Positions 26,701 through 37,959 of a stretch of 64,000 nucleotides of DNA are shown one piece after another. The stretch is from positions 434,001 through 498,000 of the forward strand of contig CATNEN010000031.1 in assembly GCA_950097015.1 (NCBI GenBank), in the 5' to 3' direction. The position numbers and the translations under genes were made by a program. Each line of letters opens with the position of its first letter. The first letter of the stretch is position 1. Source of the stretch: Macrostomum hystrix (taxonomy: Eukaryota > Animalia > Platyhelminthes). The notes under the pieces were generated by a model. It ran no database searches, had not been told where the DNA came from, and saw only the letters and a list, made by a program, of their open reading frames with translations.

Positions 26701-29700
26701 TTGAGTGGCGTGTAATATGCCCGATCGAATTCTGGAGCGTGATCGTTCACGTCGATGATGATTACCTGTAGCAGGATGGAGCCCGTCTGTGGTACGTTAC
26801 CCTCATCAATGGCCACGAGAGTCATGTTGTAAGACTCCTTCTCTTCGCGGTCGATCATTCGCGACGCCTCCAGAGACAACCGGTTCTCTTCTGGCTTTTG
26901 CTTCAAAGAGAATGGCGCGCCAAGATTCTCCAAAGTGTAGCGAATTCTTGCGTTCTTGCCAAGATCTTTATCCTCAGCAGCCGGGATGTCTTTGTATTTG
27001 CCCGGTCCATCACCGTCGAGGAATTCAACGCGAAGGACGCTGCCAGTCACCGGCCATTGTGGCTGGCAGTCGTTGATATCGTTGATGAGAATAAAGACAT
27101 CTACTTTCTGGCTTAGCGACTCTTGGTAGATGGAGAACTCGATCCTGCAGCACGTGGATTTGATTATTGTGGCTATTGGTTATGTACTCGTACTTTTGTT
27201 TCGTATGTTCAACCATTGCTCAGAAATTAAAAATCATAAATTTTTCTTGATTGTTCAACCTTTACTCTCGTACTCGTATGTATCCTATAGAGATAATACG
27301 AGTATTTACCCAAGTAGTTTAAACATGGCGCTATAAAGTCGCTTTTTCTCAGAGGACTTTCAGTGATATGTCCCGCCCCCCAGGCCTCATTCCGAAAAGT
27401 GTTTAGTTGCTCATATTCTTGGCCTGAGCAGGCATAACTGTCGAGTAAACTGAAACAATTTCAAATATCACTTCCAGCTGTTCTGATTATCTAGCGATAA
27501 GCTGAATCAATTATTCCGCTGTTTGATAGGTGGCCATAATCCCTGGAGTAAACATGCACAGTGAGCCGCATGTGGGCTTGCGGAAGGGCTATAGCAAACG
27601 CGGACGGTAGGGAGCAGTGACTATCTTCCCATTATCCTGTCCATTATCCACCTGTTCCCCGAATGCAACACAGGAGAAATTTGTTTGCAAATATGGGTTG
27701 GCCTCTCAGCCGTTCTACAATTCTCGCCCCCTCTCTATTCTCTTGTACCCTGTTCTGCTTCCATTTAGGCTCCTGTCTGTCGCTACACAATGCGGGACTT
27801 CATTACTCAGCGGAGCTGTGCGAGAGCCACTCATCTGGTGTGTAAAGTGTGTTTGTGATAAAATAAATATTTCATATATCCGCGGGCATTTGCAGCAAAT
27901 AGACTGAGAAGCGGAGAGAGACGGAATTTGTCTGAGTCGGAGGTCTTGTGAGAGTGGGCTGGTCAGGCCAGAGAAGCAACTAGTTCCATGCTTTGGTGCA
28001 GGACTAGCAAAGGCAGTACGAGGTATGGATAATATCTAGCGAAACCTGCAGGCACTCTGCAGGGGTAGAGGGAAATGCTGGTGTCTAGCGGAGGTGACAA
28101 TGGGTCAGGAATAGCACTTGCACCCGACACCGCTGCAAGACACCACTGTACCATGAACTCGCAAGTCCTCATGTGGACTGTGCTCAATTGAGCGGTGACG
28201 AATGGCCATGTTTTCCTGTGTTATAATACCAGTTTATTATGCTCCAACTTGGTCTCAGTTCTGGGACAAAATGGGAAGATAAGTAGAGCTCAGGAAAAAA
28301 CCCCTGCTCCAGTAAGAGCCCTCGATGAGTGGCAGACAGAAATTTTATCATCCATGGTTTCCATAATGATTTCCATAAAATGCATCTCAATCATAAATTT
28401 AATGGACACCTTTCACGCCCCTAACACTCGAACAAGATCTAGTTTTGATGATTCATGTATCTGACGAGCTTACATTTTTTAAGGTTCGATAACTCGAAAC
28501 CAATTCTAATTTCAAGCGCATTTTACTACACCTGATATAATTTTAAACGGAAGTTTTATTATATGAGGCACTGAATATACTTTTTCAAGTCATAAGATCG
28601 ATTCGAATCCGTGGCTGTTAAACACTACAGACTAAATCAGGCTGTCAGCAGAAGCGTCGGACTCGTCTCCGAGGCTGTAAAACACTACAGACTAAATCAG
28701 GCTGTCAGCAGAAGCGTCGGACTCGTCTCCGAGGCTGTAAAACACTACAGACTAAATCAGGCTGTCAGCAGAAGCGTCGGACTCGTCTCCGAGGCTGTAA
28801 AACACTACAGACTAAATCAGGCTGTCAGCAGAAGCGTCGGACTCGTCTCCGAGGCTGTAAAACACTACAGACTAAATCAGGCTGTCAGCTTGGAAGCGCG
28901 GGGCGCTGCAATCTCATCCAATAATGCGACCCGCATGCAGTTATCCCCCATTTCCTCAAGTCATTCAGAGGCCCTATCCAGGCCGCGACCTAAATTGAAT
29001 TCCTTAAGAAAATCACCATGGAAATTGGATTTATCGTACCGGAGCTCCTCAGATCTGCTGGGACACTGCCTACCGTCAGATGGGGATGCCACTCTACCAG
29101 GGATGCGGGCACTTAGAATACTTTTTTGAGGTATCTCCAACAATGAAGCATTCCTCAGCCTGATATGGTATGCGGTATCAGTGTTTGTCTTTTTGCTTCT
29201 TATCTGATTACGCAATCGCACTAGCGTTTAGAAAGGTTGTATCGGCCTTATCTCCAGTCGGATATCTTTATTATTCACAACAGTTTTTTGCATCTCCACC
29301 AGAGAGTAAAAATCCTAAACTTTCACCCTTTTTCTTTTGGATATTCCGTCGAAATGGATTGGCAATGTTGTAAAATGACATAGCAGTTTGTGTCTACTCG
29401 AAAGGAAGAAAATGAGCAGTAATAAGAAATGATTAAGAAGGCAATTCAATTATGAGTCCTTTCTGTGAAACAGAACAGAACAGAACAGAACAGAACAGAA
29501 CAGAACAGAACAGAACAGAACAGAACAGAACAGAACAGAACAGAACAGAACAGAACAGAACAGAACAGAACAGAACAGAACAGAACAGAACAGAACAGAA
29601 CAGAACAGAACAGAACAGAACAGAACAGAACAGAACAGAACAGAACAGAACAGAACAGAACAGAACAGAACAGAACATAACAGAACAGAGCAGAACAGAA

Positions 29701-30132
29701 CAGAACAGAACAGAACAGAACAGAGCAGAACAGAACAGAACAGAACAGAACAGAACTGAAGAAAATATCTTACCTGCACTGCGTTGGATTAGAGGGACAC
29801 AATGCCTCCCGATCGACACGTCCCTTGACTCGGATGTCGCCAGTGTCAGGATCTACCTCGAACAGGTCCCTGGGATTGGATTTCTGAAACAGGTGAAACT
29901 TCTTGCCAGCGGTTGGGATCTTGTGCACATCATAGTGATGTGCCTTCACATTGCCGATGATTGTGCCGTTTGGCAGCTCTTCGTCCATGCTGAATTCCAG
30001 TGCGCCGGCCGGTACCACACAGTGCCAGCAGCAGATGAGGCAGGCGACAATCAGGACTGTCCGAGTTGCTGGGCCACTGTCAGAACGTCTGGCCATAGCG
30101 GGCCAAAGCTGAAAAAGCATCGGTAGCTGCAT
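17752..30132 (-). CDS. Protocadherin with 7 cadherin repeats (delta1-like), single TM segment, about 1099 aa
   Basis: Exons 29774-30132, 26478-27144, 24639-25010, 22559-22735, 21284-21961, 20653-21181, 19147-19226, 18277-18364 and 17752-18101 total 3300 nt in frame. Features: signal peptide; EC1 EELPNGTIIG..DREALCP..C; repeated DRE and DxNDN motifs; TM IVVVCLSVMFLVLGIATVTVVCLIV followed by RKR. The three small tail exons are less certain. Confidence 0.9.
25043..25487. repeat. Tandem repeat, 23-bp unit (CCAGAGTTTGAATCATGGCTAAA); protocadherin intron 2
   Basis: About 19 units read directly. Confidence 0.95.
25636..26346. repeat. Tandem repeat, 18-bp unit (GGGGGATCATTGTCAACT) with a degenerate, block-duplicated left part; protocadherin intron 2
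   Basis: Units read directly; explains five overlapping ORFs between 25651 and 26454. Confidence 0.95.
28613..28889. repeat. Tandem repeat, 60-bp unit, about 4.6 copies; protocadherin intron 1
   Basis: Sequence lines 28621, 28681, 28741 and 28801 are identical; explains ORF 28611..29129. Confidence 0.97.
29468..29757. repeat. (ACAGA)n pentanucleotide microsatellite immediately next to the protocadherin exon 1 donor
   Basis: About 58 units read directly; explains ORFs 29433..29819, 29450..29779, 29452..30126 and 29465..29680. Confidence 0.98.
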
Positions 30133-30921
30133 TAACGGAAGACATTCAAGTTGAATCTTAAAATTATCTGGTTAAAAGCAACAACAACTTACAACTATAT
30201 CGAGCACGAAGACAAGAATTGTAGGAATATTCTTATTCTTTCAATAATTTGAGTTGTGCTCTGAAAACTAAAATGCTATATGCACAGTATAAGGCAGCGT
30301 TTTGTTTTGTAGCAAACGCTTTGACTACAGCCCCCCTTATTGCAGTTCAACTCTGCCATATTTCATCCGAATCCACCCCCCCGGAGTGCGAGCGAGCCCA
30401 TTGGCCAGGGCCCGCGGTATTCTGCCTGCATGCATTGGTCCCTGTAGGGCAGTAAATTGTGCGGACTCTGCAGAAACTGAGGCTCTGGGGGCGCCAATCC
30501 CTTGGCCTAACCCTAACTGAAAGTATCCCGTTGGGGACTCGGAGAGGTTGCTGACAGTGAGTAGTCAGTTTCAATCTTCTGGTCAAAGCACTGTCTTTTT
30601 CTGTGACCACTTTATTGTACCTTGGGGCGATACAAGCAGAAATATAGGAGTACAGAGATTTCTCCTGAATTTCTCCTGGCTTTTTGAACTGTCCCACTCG
30701 CGTAAGATCAGGGTTCAGCTTATTGCTTCAGGTCTAGTTTTTGCATCTGCTCTGCGCTTCCAAATGATTACTCATGGTCTCTCTCATATCACTTCTGTGT
30801 GAATGCGGAAGGCTGAAGAGCTGTTCGAACTATTCTTCTGCTGCACAAATGCACAAATGCCACATAGTTGGCTCTTTACATATTGTGCTTTCTGTCCACT
30901 CTAATAGCCAACTCTACGTCA

Positions 30922-31839
30922 CATTCCCTCATTCCCTCATTCCTCATTCTCGCATTCCCCCATTCCCCCATTCCCTCATTCCCTCATTCCCTCATTCTCG
31001 CATTCCCCCATTCCCTCATTCCCTCATTCCTCATTCTCGCATTCCCCCATTCCCCCATTCCCTCATTCCCTCATTCCCTCATTCTCGCATTCCCCCATTC
31101 CCTCATTCCCTCATTCCTCATTCTCGCATTCCCCCATTCCCCCATTCCCTCATTCCCTCATTCCCTCATTCTCGCATTCCCCCATTCCCCCATTCCCTCA
31201 TTCCCCCATTCCCTCATTCCCTCATTCCCTCATTCTCGCATTCCTCCAATACCACCTTCCCGAATTCTCGCATTCTCTCATTACCACCTTCCCAAATTCT
31301 CGCATTCCCACATTCTCGCATTCCCACATTCTCGCATTCCCTCATTCCCCCATTCCCTCATTCTTGCATTGCCCCATTCCCTCATTCCCTCATTCCCTCA
31401 TTCTCGCATTCCCCCATTCCCCCATTCCCTCATTCCCTCATTCCCTCATTCTCGCATTCCCCCATTCCCTCATTCCCTCATTCCTCATTCTCGCATTCCC
31501 CCATTCCCCCATTCCCTCATTCCCTCATTCCCTCATTCTCGCATTCCCCCATTCCCCCATTCCCTCATTCCCCCATTCCCTCATTCCCTCATTCCCTCAT
31601 TCTCGCATTCCTCCAATACCACCTTCCCGAATTCTCGCATTCTCTCATTACCACCTTCCCAAATTCTCGCATTCCCACATTCTCGCATTCCCACATTCTC
31701 GCATTCCCTCATTCCCCCATTCCCTCATTCTTGCATTGCCCCATTCCCTCATTCCCTCATTCCCTCATTCTCGCATTCCCCCATTCCCCCATTCCCTCAT
31801 TCCCTCATTCCCTCATTCCCTCATTCTCTCATTCCCATA
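30922..31839. repeat. Low-complexity (CATTCCCT/CATTCCCC/CATTCTCG)n array with an internal duplication of about 367 bp
   Basis: The marker CTCCAATACCACCTTCCCG occurs at 31244 and 31611; explains ORFs 30774..31969. Confidence 0.95.
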
Positions 31840-32548
31840 TTCTTCAGTCTATTCTGATATAGTTTTTTTCATTTTATCTGTCAATCTCGGTGTCAGTCTG
31901 AGTGCTAATTGCGACCTGCTTTGCGGACCCATAGGCGGACCTGCTTTGCGGACCCATGGGCGGACGTGAATTAAAGCGGCATGGAACCGAGTTATTGATT
32001 TATTGATCTGCCATAAAAAGCCACAAAGCCATGAAGAGGCGGCACAGGAAATTAACTGTCGAATGGCTTCGTATCCGCCAGGCGATAACCCAAAGCACCG
32101 CTTTTCCGAGATCAAGTGAAAATGATTAACTAAACGCTTTCATAAAGAATATCACCTGTCCAGTGGCATGAACGAATTGGAGCTGAGAAAGAAGGTCACA
32201 TGCATGGGAGCAGGCTCCTGGGAGCACCCACCCCCACCTAGAGGACACCCATGCGGACTGACAGCTGTTTGTAGAAATCGAACAACGAAACCAGACAAGC
32301 GGCACGCGGACTGGCCTGTGTGACATTTCGAGCCGGTGAGTTTCTGTTGAACTAGCAAATATTGAAGAGATGAAGTCACGCTTGCACTTCGAGTCCTAGT
32401 TATGTAGCTCGAAGTTTCACTATTTCACTGCAGAATCTTTCAGTGAAAACTACCTGCTGAGCAACAATCTATAAGGGGATCGGCAACAAACTCCTACAAG
32501 TTTAAATAGAGAAAACTCAGAATCAACATATAAATTTTCTTAGAATTT

Positions 32549-32588
32549 TGCCAATGCATTTCGACCACAATCGGTCATCTTCAGGGCA
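32549..32588 (-). ncRNA. Minimal type I hammerhead ribozyme motif (inverted copy)
   Basis: Exact reverse complement of the motif at 33102-33141. Confidence 0.75.
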
Positions 32589-33101
32589 GACACATCAATT
32601 AAACACACAGAACCAAGTTATATATATTTTAAGAAATGAAAACTGTACATTGCAAAGTGCGAATCAATTTCGGTGCAGTCCGGTTGACAAGAGAAAAAAA
32701 ACAACAACCAAATAAAGTTCAACGACGCTTCCAGGGTTAAGGAGCATTGGATTAGAAATTCTGCCATCAATGAGCATCTTCTCTCGTGTAACTCCTGTTG
32801 CAATAAGAACTGTTGTGATATGTTTAAAGTAATCCTGTAGCCAAGAGAAAAATTGAATATTCTCGAGGCTATGTACATTAAGGCTCAGAAACCATATTTG
32901 AACAGTCAGTTAGCCATGGGGGGTGCAAGCCGCCAACTCAATGTGTTTTAGCTATGGTAGAAGCGTCGTTGAACTTTATTTGGTTGTTGTTTTTTTCTCT
33001 TGTTAACCGGACTGCACCGAAATTGATTCGCACTTTGCAATGTACAGTTTTCATTTCTTAAAATATATATAACTTGGTTCTGTGTGTTTAATTGATGTGT
33101 C

Positions 33102-33141
33102 TGCCCTGAAGATGACCGATTGTGGTCGAAATGCATTGGCA
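33102..33141 (+). ncRNA. Minimal type I hammerhead ribozyme motif of a Penelope-like element
   Basis: TGCC (stem I), CTGAAGA (core), T, GACC-GATTGT-GGTC (stem II), GAAA (core), TGCA (palindromic stem III), TT (UH site), GGCA (stem I'). Confidence 0.75.
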
Positions 33142-33734
33142 AAATTCTAAGAAAATTTAAATGTTGATTCTGAGTTTTCTCTATTTAATTGTTGTCAAGC
33201 GAGCTACTCTACCTGAATCCTACAAGTTTCTGCTCAGCTTCTGGATGCTTATGATGGGCCAAGGCCTGACTCATTGAGGGAATGCCAGGTTGCTGCAGCG
33301 AAATAGTGAAACTTCGGGGGAAAGCTGAGGAATGCAGGCCACGTGCTGCAGACTCTTCAGTCAGTATCTGAGACAGCTCAGGCTTCATGCCTTGCTTTCT
33401 TGTCTGATTGAAGCAGCAGTCGCGAAGGGCTTACGACTTCCGCGCAGTCAAATACAGGCATAGCCCCGCTTTGTGTTTTTACTTTTTCCTAGACATTGTC
33501 TGCTCGAAACCGGACGTGCAGTTGTGGGGTCCCCGTCTCCACCCGGAGGAACAGCTCCGAGAATGCTGTATGACAGCTGCACAAGTCAGAATCATTCATG
33601 TGATTTTAATCTTTTTTGTCTTGTCTGAGCTGGAAAGTAACAAGCTTAAAATAAACTGAATAGCAAGTGAAGTCTCTAAGATTATATTGATCAACATCGT
33701 GACCCAAGGACGATCTACAAAGCAGTTAGACACT

Positions 33735-34050
33735 TCCAGAAGGCTTGGTCTCCAGAACGCGTTGGCCTCTCGCACTGTGAGCTCGATTCTGCAGTGAGTC
33801 CACATTTATTTTGTGCGTAGAGAATGTTTGAGGGCTTGTCATGCAGTTGAAGCCCATGAGGGCCAACTCCAAAGGCACAGTGAGAGTATACACGGCATGA
33901 CCAAGAAAAATTCAGGGCAGCTCTGAACACCATGCACAACCCTGTGTGATTTGTGTGCTGTATGTAAAGTACTGTTTGCGTGTGCATCCAGGAGTTAGCC
34001 AGGCCCAGGAATGGGCCACAGCCCACTGTGCCACAGCCCTCCTTCAAACA
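33735..34050 (+). mobile_element. Diverged copy of SINE-like family B
   Basis: Collinear matches to the reverse complement of 6600-6930: AACGCGTT.G.CTCTCGCAC, CCACATTTA, TGAGGGCCAAC..CA.AGGCACAGTG, TCAGGGCAG, CAGGAGT and GCCCTCCT.CAA. Confidence 0.7.
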
Positions 34051-36226
34051 TTGCGCTCGTATTACAAATACTAAACGATCTGCATCTGTTATTTAATACT
34101 GTTTAATACTGTTATAAAATACTTAGATGCTAAAGATGAGGCCATGAACAGAACAGGCTACTGCGATATAGGGTGCGCTGCCTCCGCTCGCCTATGCTAT
34201 AAATCAGCACTGTGACACCAGGAGGGCGGAGTAGAGGTTTCCGAGGGCAGAGTGCAAAATCTGCTTCTCAGTTACCGAGGGAACGCTCTCACGCTCTGTC
34301 TGGTATCAAGGATCGCTCCAGCTGCGCTGCTTCACAGAGACGCTTTGTTTTGTTTCTGTGAAGCGCTGCGCTCTGCAATAGACCGCATAACAGTAGAAGT
34401 CCGCTGCGCCAGAGAACAAAGCGCCCCAGTTTCGCATCAAGTCATTCAGGGCTGAAATATTCGCACATCGCACGGACCCCTTATGGTTGCTATGCACAGC
34501 CAAAATACTATTGGCTGTTCGTTCTTCAGCTTGGGGTGCGAGTATCGAAAGTGGTCTCGTAGGGGTCTAGTAGATACTAACAAGAGTCGCATTTGAAAGC
34601 TGAAGCGAGTTCAAGACATCATCGACTGTAGCTAAATTTCCTTCGTTTTCTTTTTATTTCAATTTTTTTCATTCAGCTATAGCTAGAATCTGCGGCCAGC
34701 ACAAGGCGCAATTTTTACTTGGTGTCGCGTGGAAAAAGTTTGCGAGCCTAATCAGTCGCATCGGATTGGGTGGGGCGCAGCCCGAACAATGTGCACGCAA
34801 CAACACGCTAAAGAAATATATTGCGCACAATTGCATGGGGAGTTTGCCTCTCTGAAAAAAAGCAGCGCGTTCAGCTGCATTCTAAGCTGTCGATTGTCAG
34901 CTATAATCTGCAGTTTCCGCTAAGCAGCATAGGGCGGCGACTGTCAGCAGACAAATTCACTAGTTCTATAGTTTCAGGGCCCTCCAAACACCCTTCCGGT
35001 CACGGAGCTGCAAATTTGTGACTTTTTGGACCTTGGCGTTGGGGAGTCAGGTTTCATATCCGGTTGTAAGTTGGGTCTGATTTTTTTATTTCAGAGAGGA
35101 GGCTGAGGCTGAAGCGGACCATGTATGCACGTCATTGTGTCAGTAATCTATATTTATTCGGGTAGATTCAATACTTTGAGTTCTATACATTTTTTTCGAT
35201 TAGGGTTCTCTAATTTCAACGATAAAATCTGCTCATCGTTTTCTCATAAAGTATAATAGATAAGTGGTATCCTGTTAGCAAGGAAAATAAGACATGCTAA
35301 GAAATTTTCGTGATGCTTAAAAATATTAAACTGTCATTGAGTATTGGTAGTGCCTAATGCCCATAGAAACATCATCGATGACCGGAGCTGAGCACTCTTC
35401 TCACTTGGCATTGTAAAACATTCGAATGCAAATTCATGCTCAATTCTTAGCTCGAACACTGGTTGAACTGGTTGAACACTGATTGAACGCAAAGAAGGAG
35501 GAATCTTTCAGCTAACGAGAAGCATAAAAATCGCAAATGATTCGTGCCTTTGGGTAGGAATTAAATTTCCCAGAGTCTTTGCACTCATAGTCGCAATGGA
35601 GGAGCAGTTACGTTTCACAGTGGGTGGCAGGGTACACATTGGGTCTTTAGTTTTCTTTTCGATGACTAACTGAAATCCGAGCAACAATTTATAGATGGAG
35701 CAGCAGGCGATGTAGCGTGGAAGGCCGCGGATGTTTGAGTTCTGCCTTGGCTCCAGCCAGTCCTTCCAGTTAAAAATTAGCAAACATTTGTGATGGAGAG
35801 GTCCGGCCGACTGCTGAGTTTTCTCTTGAAGAAATCTTCCCCAGTTGCCCTCTTCCCCAGAGTCCACACGCGGCGTGAATAAATCCCAGAATGGGGCTGA
35901 TTTTGACCAGCCGCCATATTAGACTCCCCGCATGAGGAGGTGGGGTGGGGGAGAGGAGTCGCCAACAGGTGGCTTGGCGGCCGGCGTGTTCCCATAAAGA
36001 GGATTCAGGAAGATGTGGGATTCGCACGACCAAGTTTTGAAGAAGCCTGAAGGCCAAAGCGTGTCATTCTATCCATTTGAAGCCCCAGTGCCGCTTTGGC
36101 TGATGGTGACGGATATTCCACTGACCACTCCTAGACAAGGCGCCGGCAACCTCCGGCTGACGAGCCACAGATAACTCATCTCACTGAGCTCTTACTCATC
36201 TCTACTGTCAATCAGTAATGCCTGGC

Positions 36227-36493
36227 GGGGGTTGTAGCCTGCTTAGAGTGTCGGACTCGAGACAAGAAGGTCGGGGGTTCGATTCCCGACTCCACTGGAA
36301 CAATTTGTGTCCTTTAGCAAGGCACTTTATACTGCAGCGTTGCTTTAGTTCACCCAGCTGTTGAATAGGATTAGCTGGGGTAATTGAGGGTGGGTGTGGC
36401 ATTCCCCCAGTCCATGGACTGAAGAGCCGTACACAGCCTTTAGATTCGCGTAATAGCTGCGGCTGTTGATGATGATTATTATTATTATTAATA
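36227..36493 (+). mobile_element. tRNA-derived CORE-type SINE (family A), full length
   Basis: tRNA-like head with B box GGTTCGATTCC (36276-36286). GTGTCCTTTAGCAAGGCACTT (36307-36327) resembles the MIR CORE motif GTGACCTTGGGCAAGTCACTT. It ends in a (GAT)n(ATT)n tail, and a second copy lies at 41647. Confidence 0.8.
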
Positions 36494-37959
36494 TTACACA
36501 GCCAGTCCAGCCCACAGTCGCCTTTAGATTCGCACTATGGTCTGTGAGGTAGACCCATGTGGCCAAAGCAATGCTCACCACTTAGAGTGGCGCATTGTAT
36601 AAGGCATAATTTCACAAATTGTATAATAAAAAAGTCGCATTTAGACTGTTGTATGAGGGCCAGCATGTGATCTGGGGCCGACGCCCGATTTTGAAGCCCA
36701 TGGCCCGATCCGAGATGTTTTTCAGCGGACAAGAACAGGGATTGATGGACTGTTTTCAGACGAGGGAGGTCCAGAATCTGAACTGACCATCGGCTCTGAC
36801 TCGCTCCTGTTATCGAATCGCTGTTCGCTGGGATCCAGCGCAGTATGAATGGCTGTGTTGTTCAACAGCTAACGCCAACAACCCCTACAAAAGCCTGGCT
36901 GCGACACCAGCTGATCTGACTGCTAAAGCCGTGCCTTCTGCTGCCGAACACAATCGCTAGATGGGCACAGACTGATACAGAGTCAAAGATGCAGACAGTA
37001 ACTGTCGCGGATGCTTTTTTGGATGTGGTTGCCGGGGGGGGAGACAAGGCCGAATTTTGCCAAGGGAGGTGCCGCGGTCTCTTGGAGGTGCGCTGTGCCT
37101 CCACGCAGCCCTACCCAGCCGGCATCCCCATCGGTATTTGGTTAATTGAGACTGACTGTACTGCAGCCGAGGGACCCCTTGCTAACCAAGCCATCTCTGA
37201 CTGACTGCAGCACAAGGCTCCGTTGGTGTGCGCACATTTGCGAATGTAGATACAGCCGGTATTCGCGACCCCAGCACCTTCACTGCCTCGGAAACTAAGT
37301 GAACAAAAAGCTAGACCTGTAGCATTGCCAATCTTGTTGCTAAGCTGTGGGCCATAGCATACACTAAGCATTTAGCCATTTACCCAATAGACAACAGTTG
37401 CCATGCTTGCTTGCCCATTGAAAACACACGCACTCTCACCTAATTAATGTCTAGTTAGCCTCACTTCTACGATGGAAATCTCGGATTCGCGCCCGATTTG
37501 CGCCGATGTGCCGGGGAGCTGCGCGTTTCTGCTTAAAACAACAGTGTATGCAAAACTGCTGCATGGGCATCTCAAATTTCCCTGATAACCAGCGGTTTGA
37601 GGAGGAACGCACTGAGAACACCCAGGCCTTGTCATTGGACTCTAAATAGGCCACTTATAAGATTAGACATCTGGTCTAGCCCATCCCATACTGTAGTGAG
37701 CTAGGAGAGAAGTTCAACTCACACGAGCTTCTCTATATCTAAGCTGTAAGAATTCGGTAGGGAATTAACTGGAGTGCGGCATGCCTGTAGGAAGATTCAG
37801 GTACTAACATCAAATAGTAAATAATGATATCAGAAACTGCTCCGATAAGATATTTTTACTCCTGGCTAGACTGTAAGTGATCAGAAGCTCAAACACCAAT
37901 TCAAGCAATCTACTGCAGTTCGATATTAATATTCTCTTTAAAAGTAGACAGTATAATAC

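Larger units (their letters stand above)
32504..33217 (+). mobile_element. 5'-truncated Penelope-like retroelement: inverted pseudo-LTR, GIY-YIG endonuclease C-terminus, 3' UTR
   Basis: 32733-32951 translates RVKEHWIRNSAINEHLLSCNSC..MFKVIL*PREKLNILEAMYIKAQKPYLNSQL..VF*, the typical PLE endonuclease tail, with one internal stop. There are inverted arms of about 230 bp (32502-32731 and 32960-33188) and a direct repeat TCCTACAAGTTT at 32492-32503 and 33218-33229 (TSD). Confidence 0.88.

Noticed and set aside
28460-28510. CTGACGAG...CGAAA as a further hammerhead
   Set aside because: Stem II has only one pair and stems I and III cannot be formed.
27960-29400. Weak RT- or PLE-like peptide hints in protocadherin intron 1
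   Set aside because: Too degenerate; similarity is limited to a few residues.
29433-31969. CSVLF, TEQNR and PHSLI repeat ORFs
   Set aside because: Microsatellite and low-complexity translations.
36690-37400. Possible decayed LINE ORF1 (Cys/His hints on the minus strand)
   Set aside because: Many stops and no complete zinc-knuckle motif; cannot be supported by eye.
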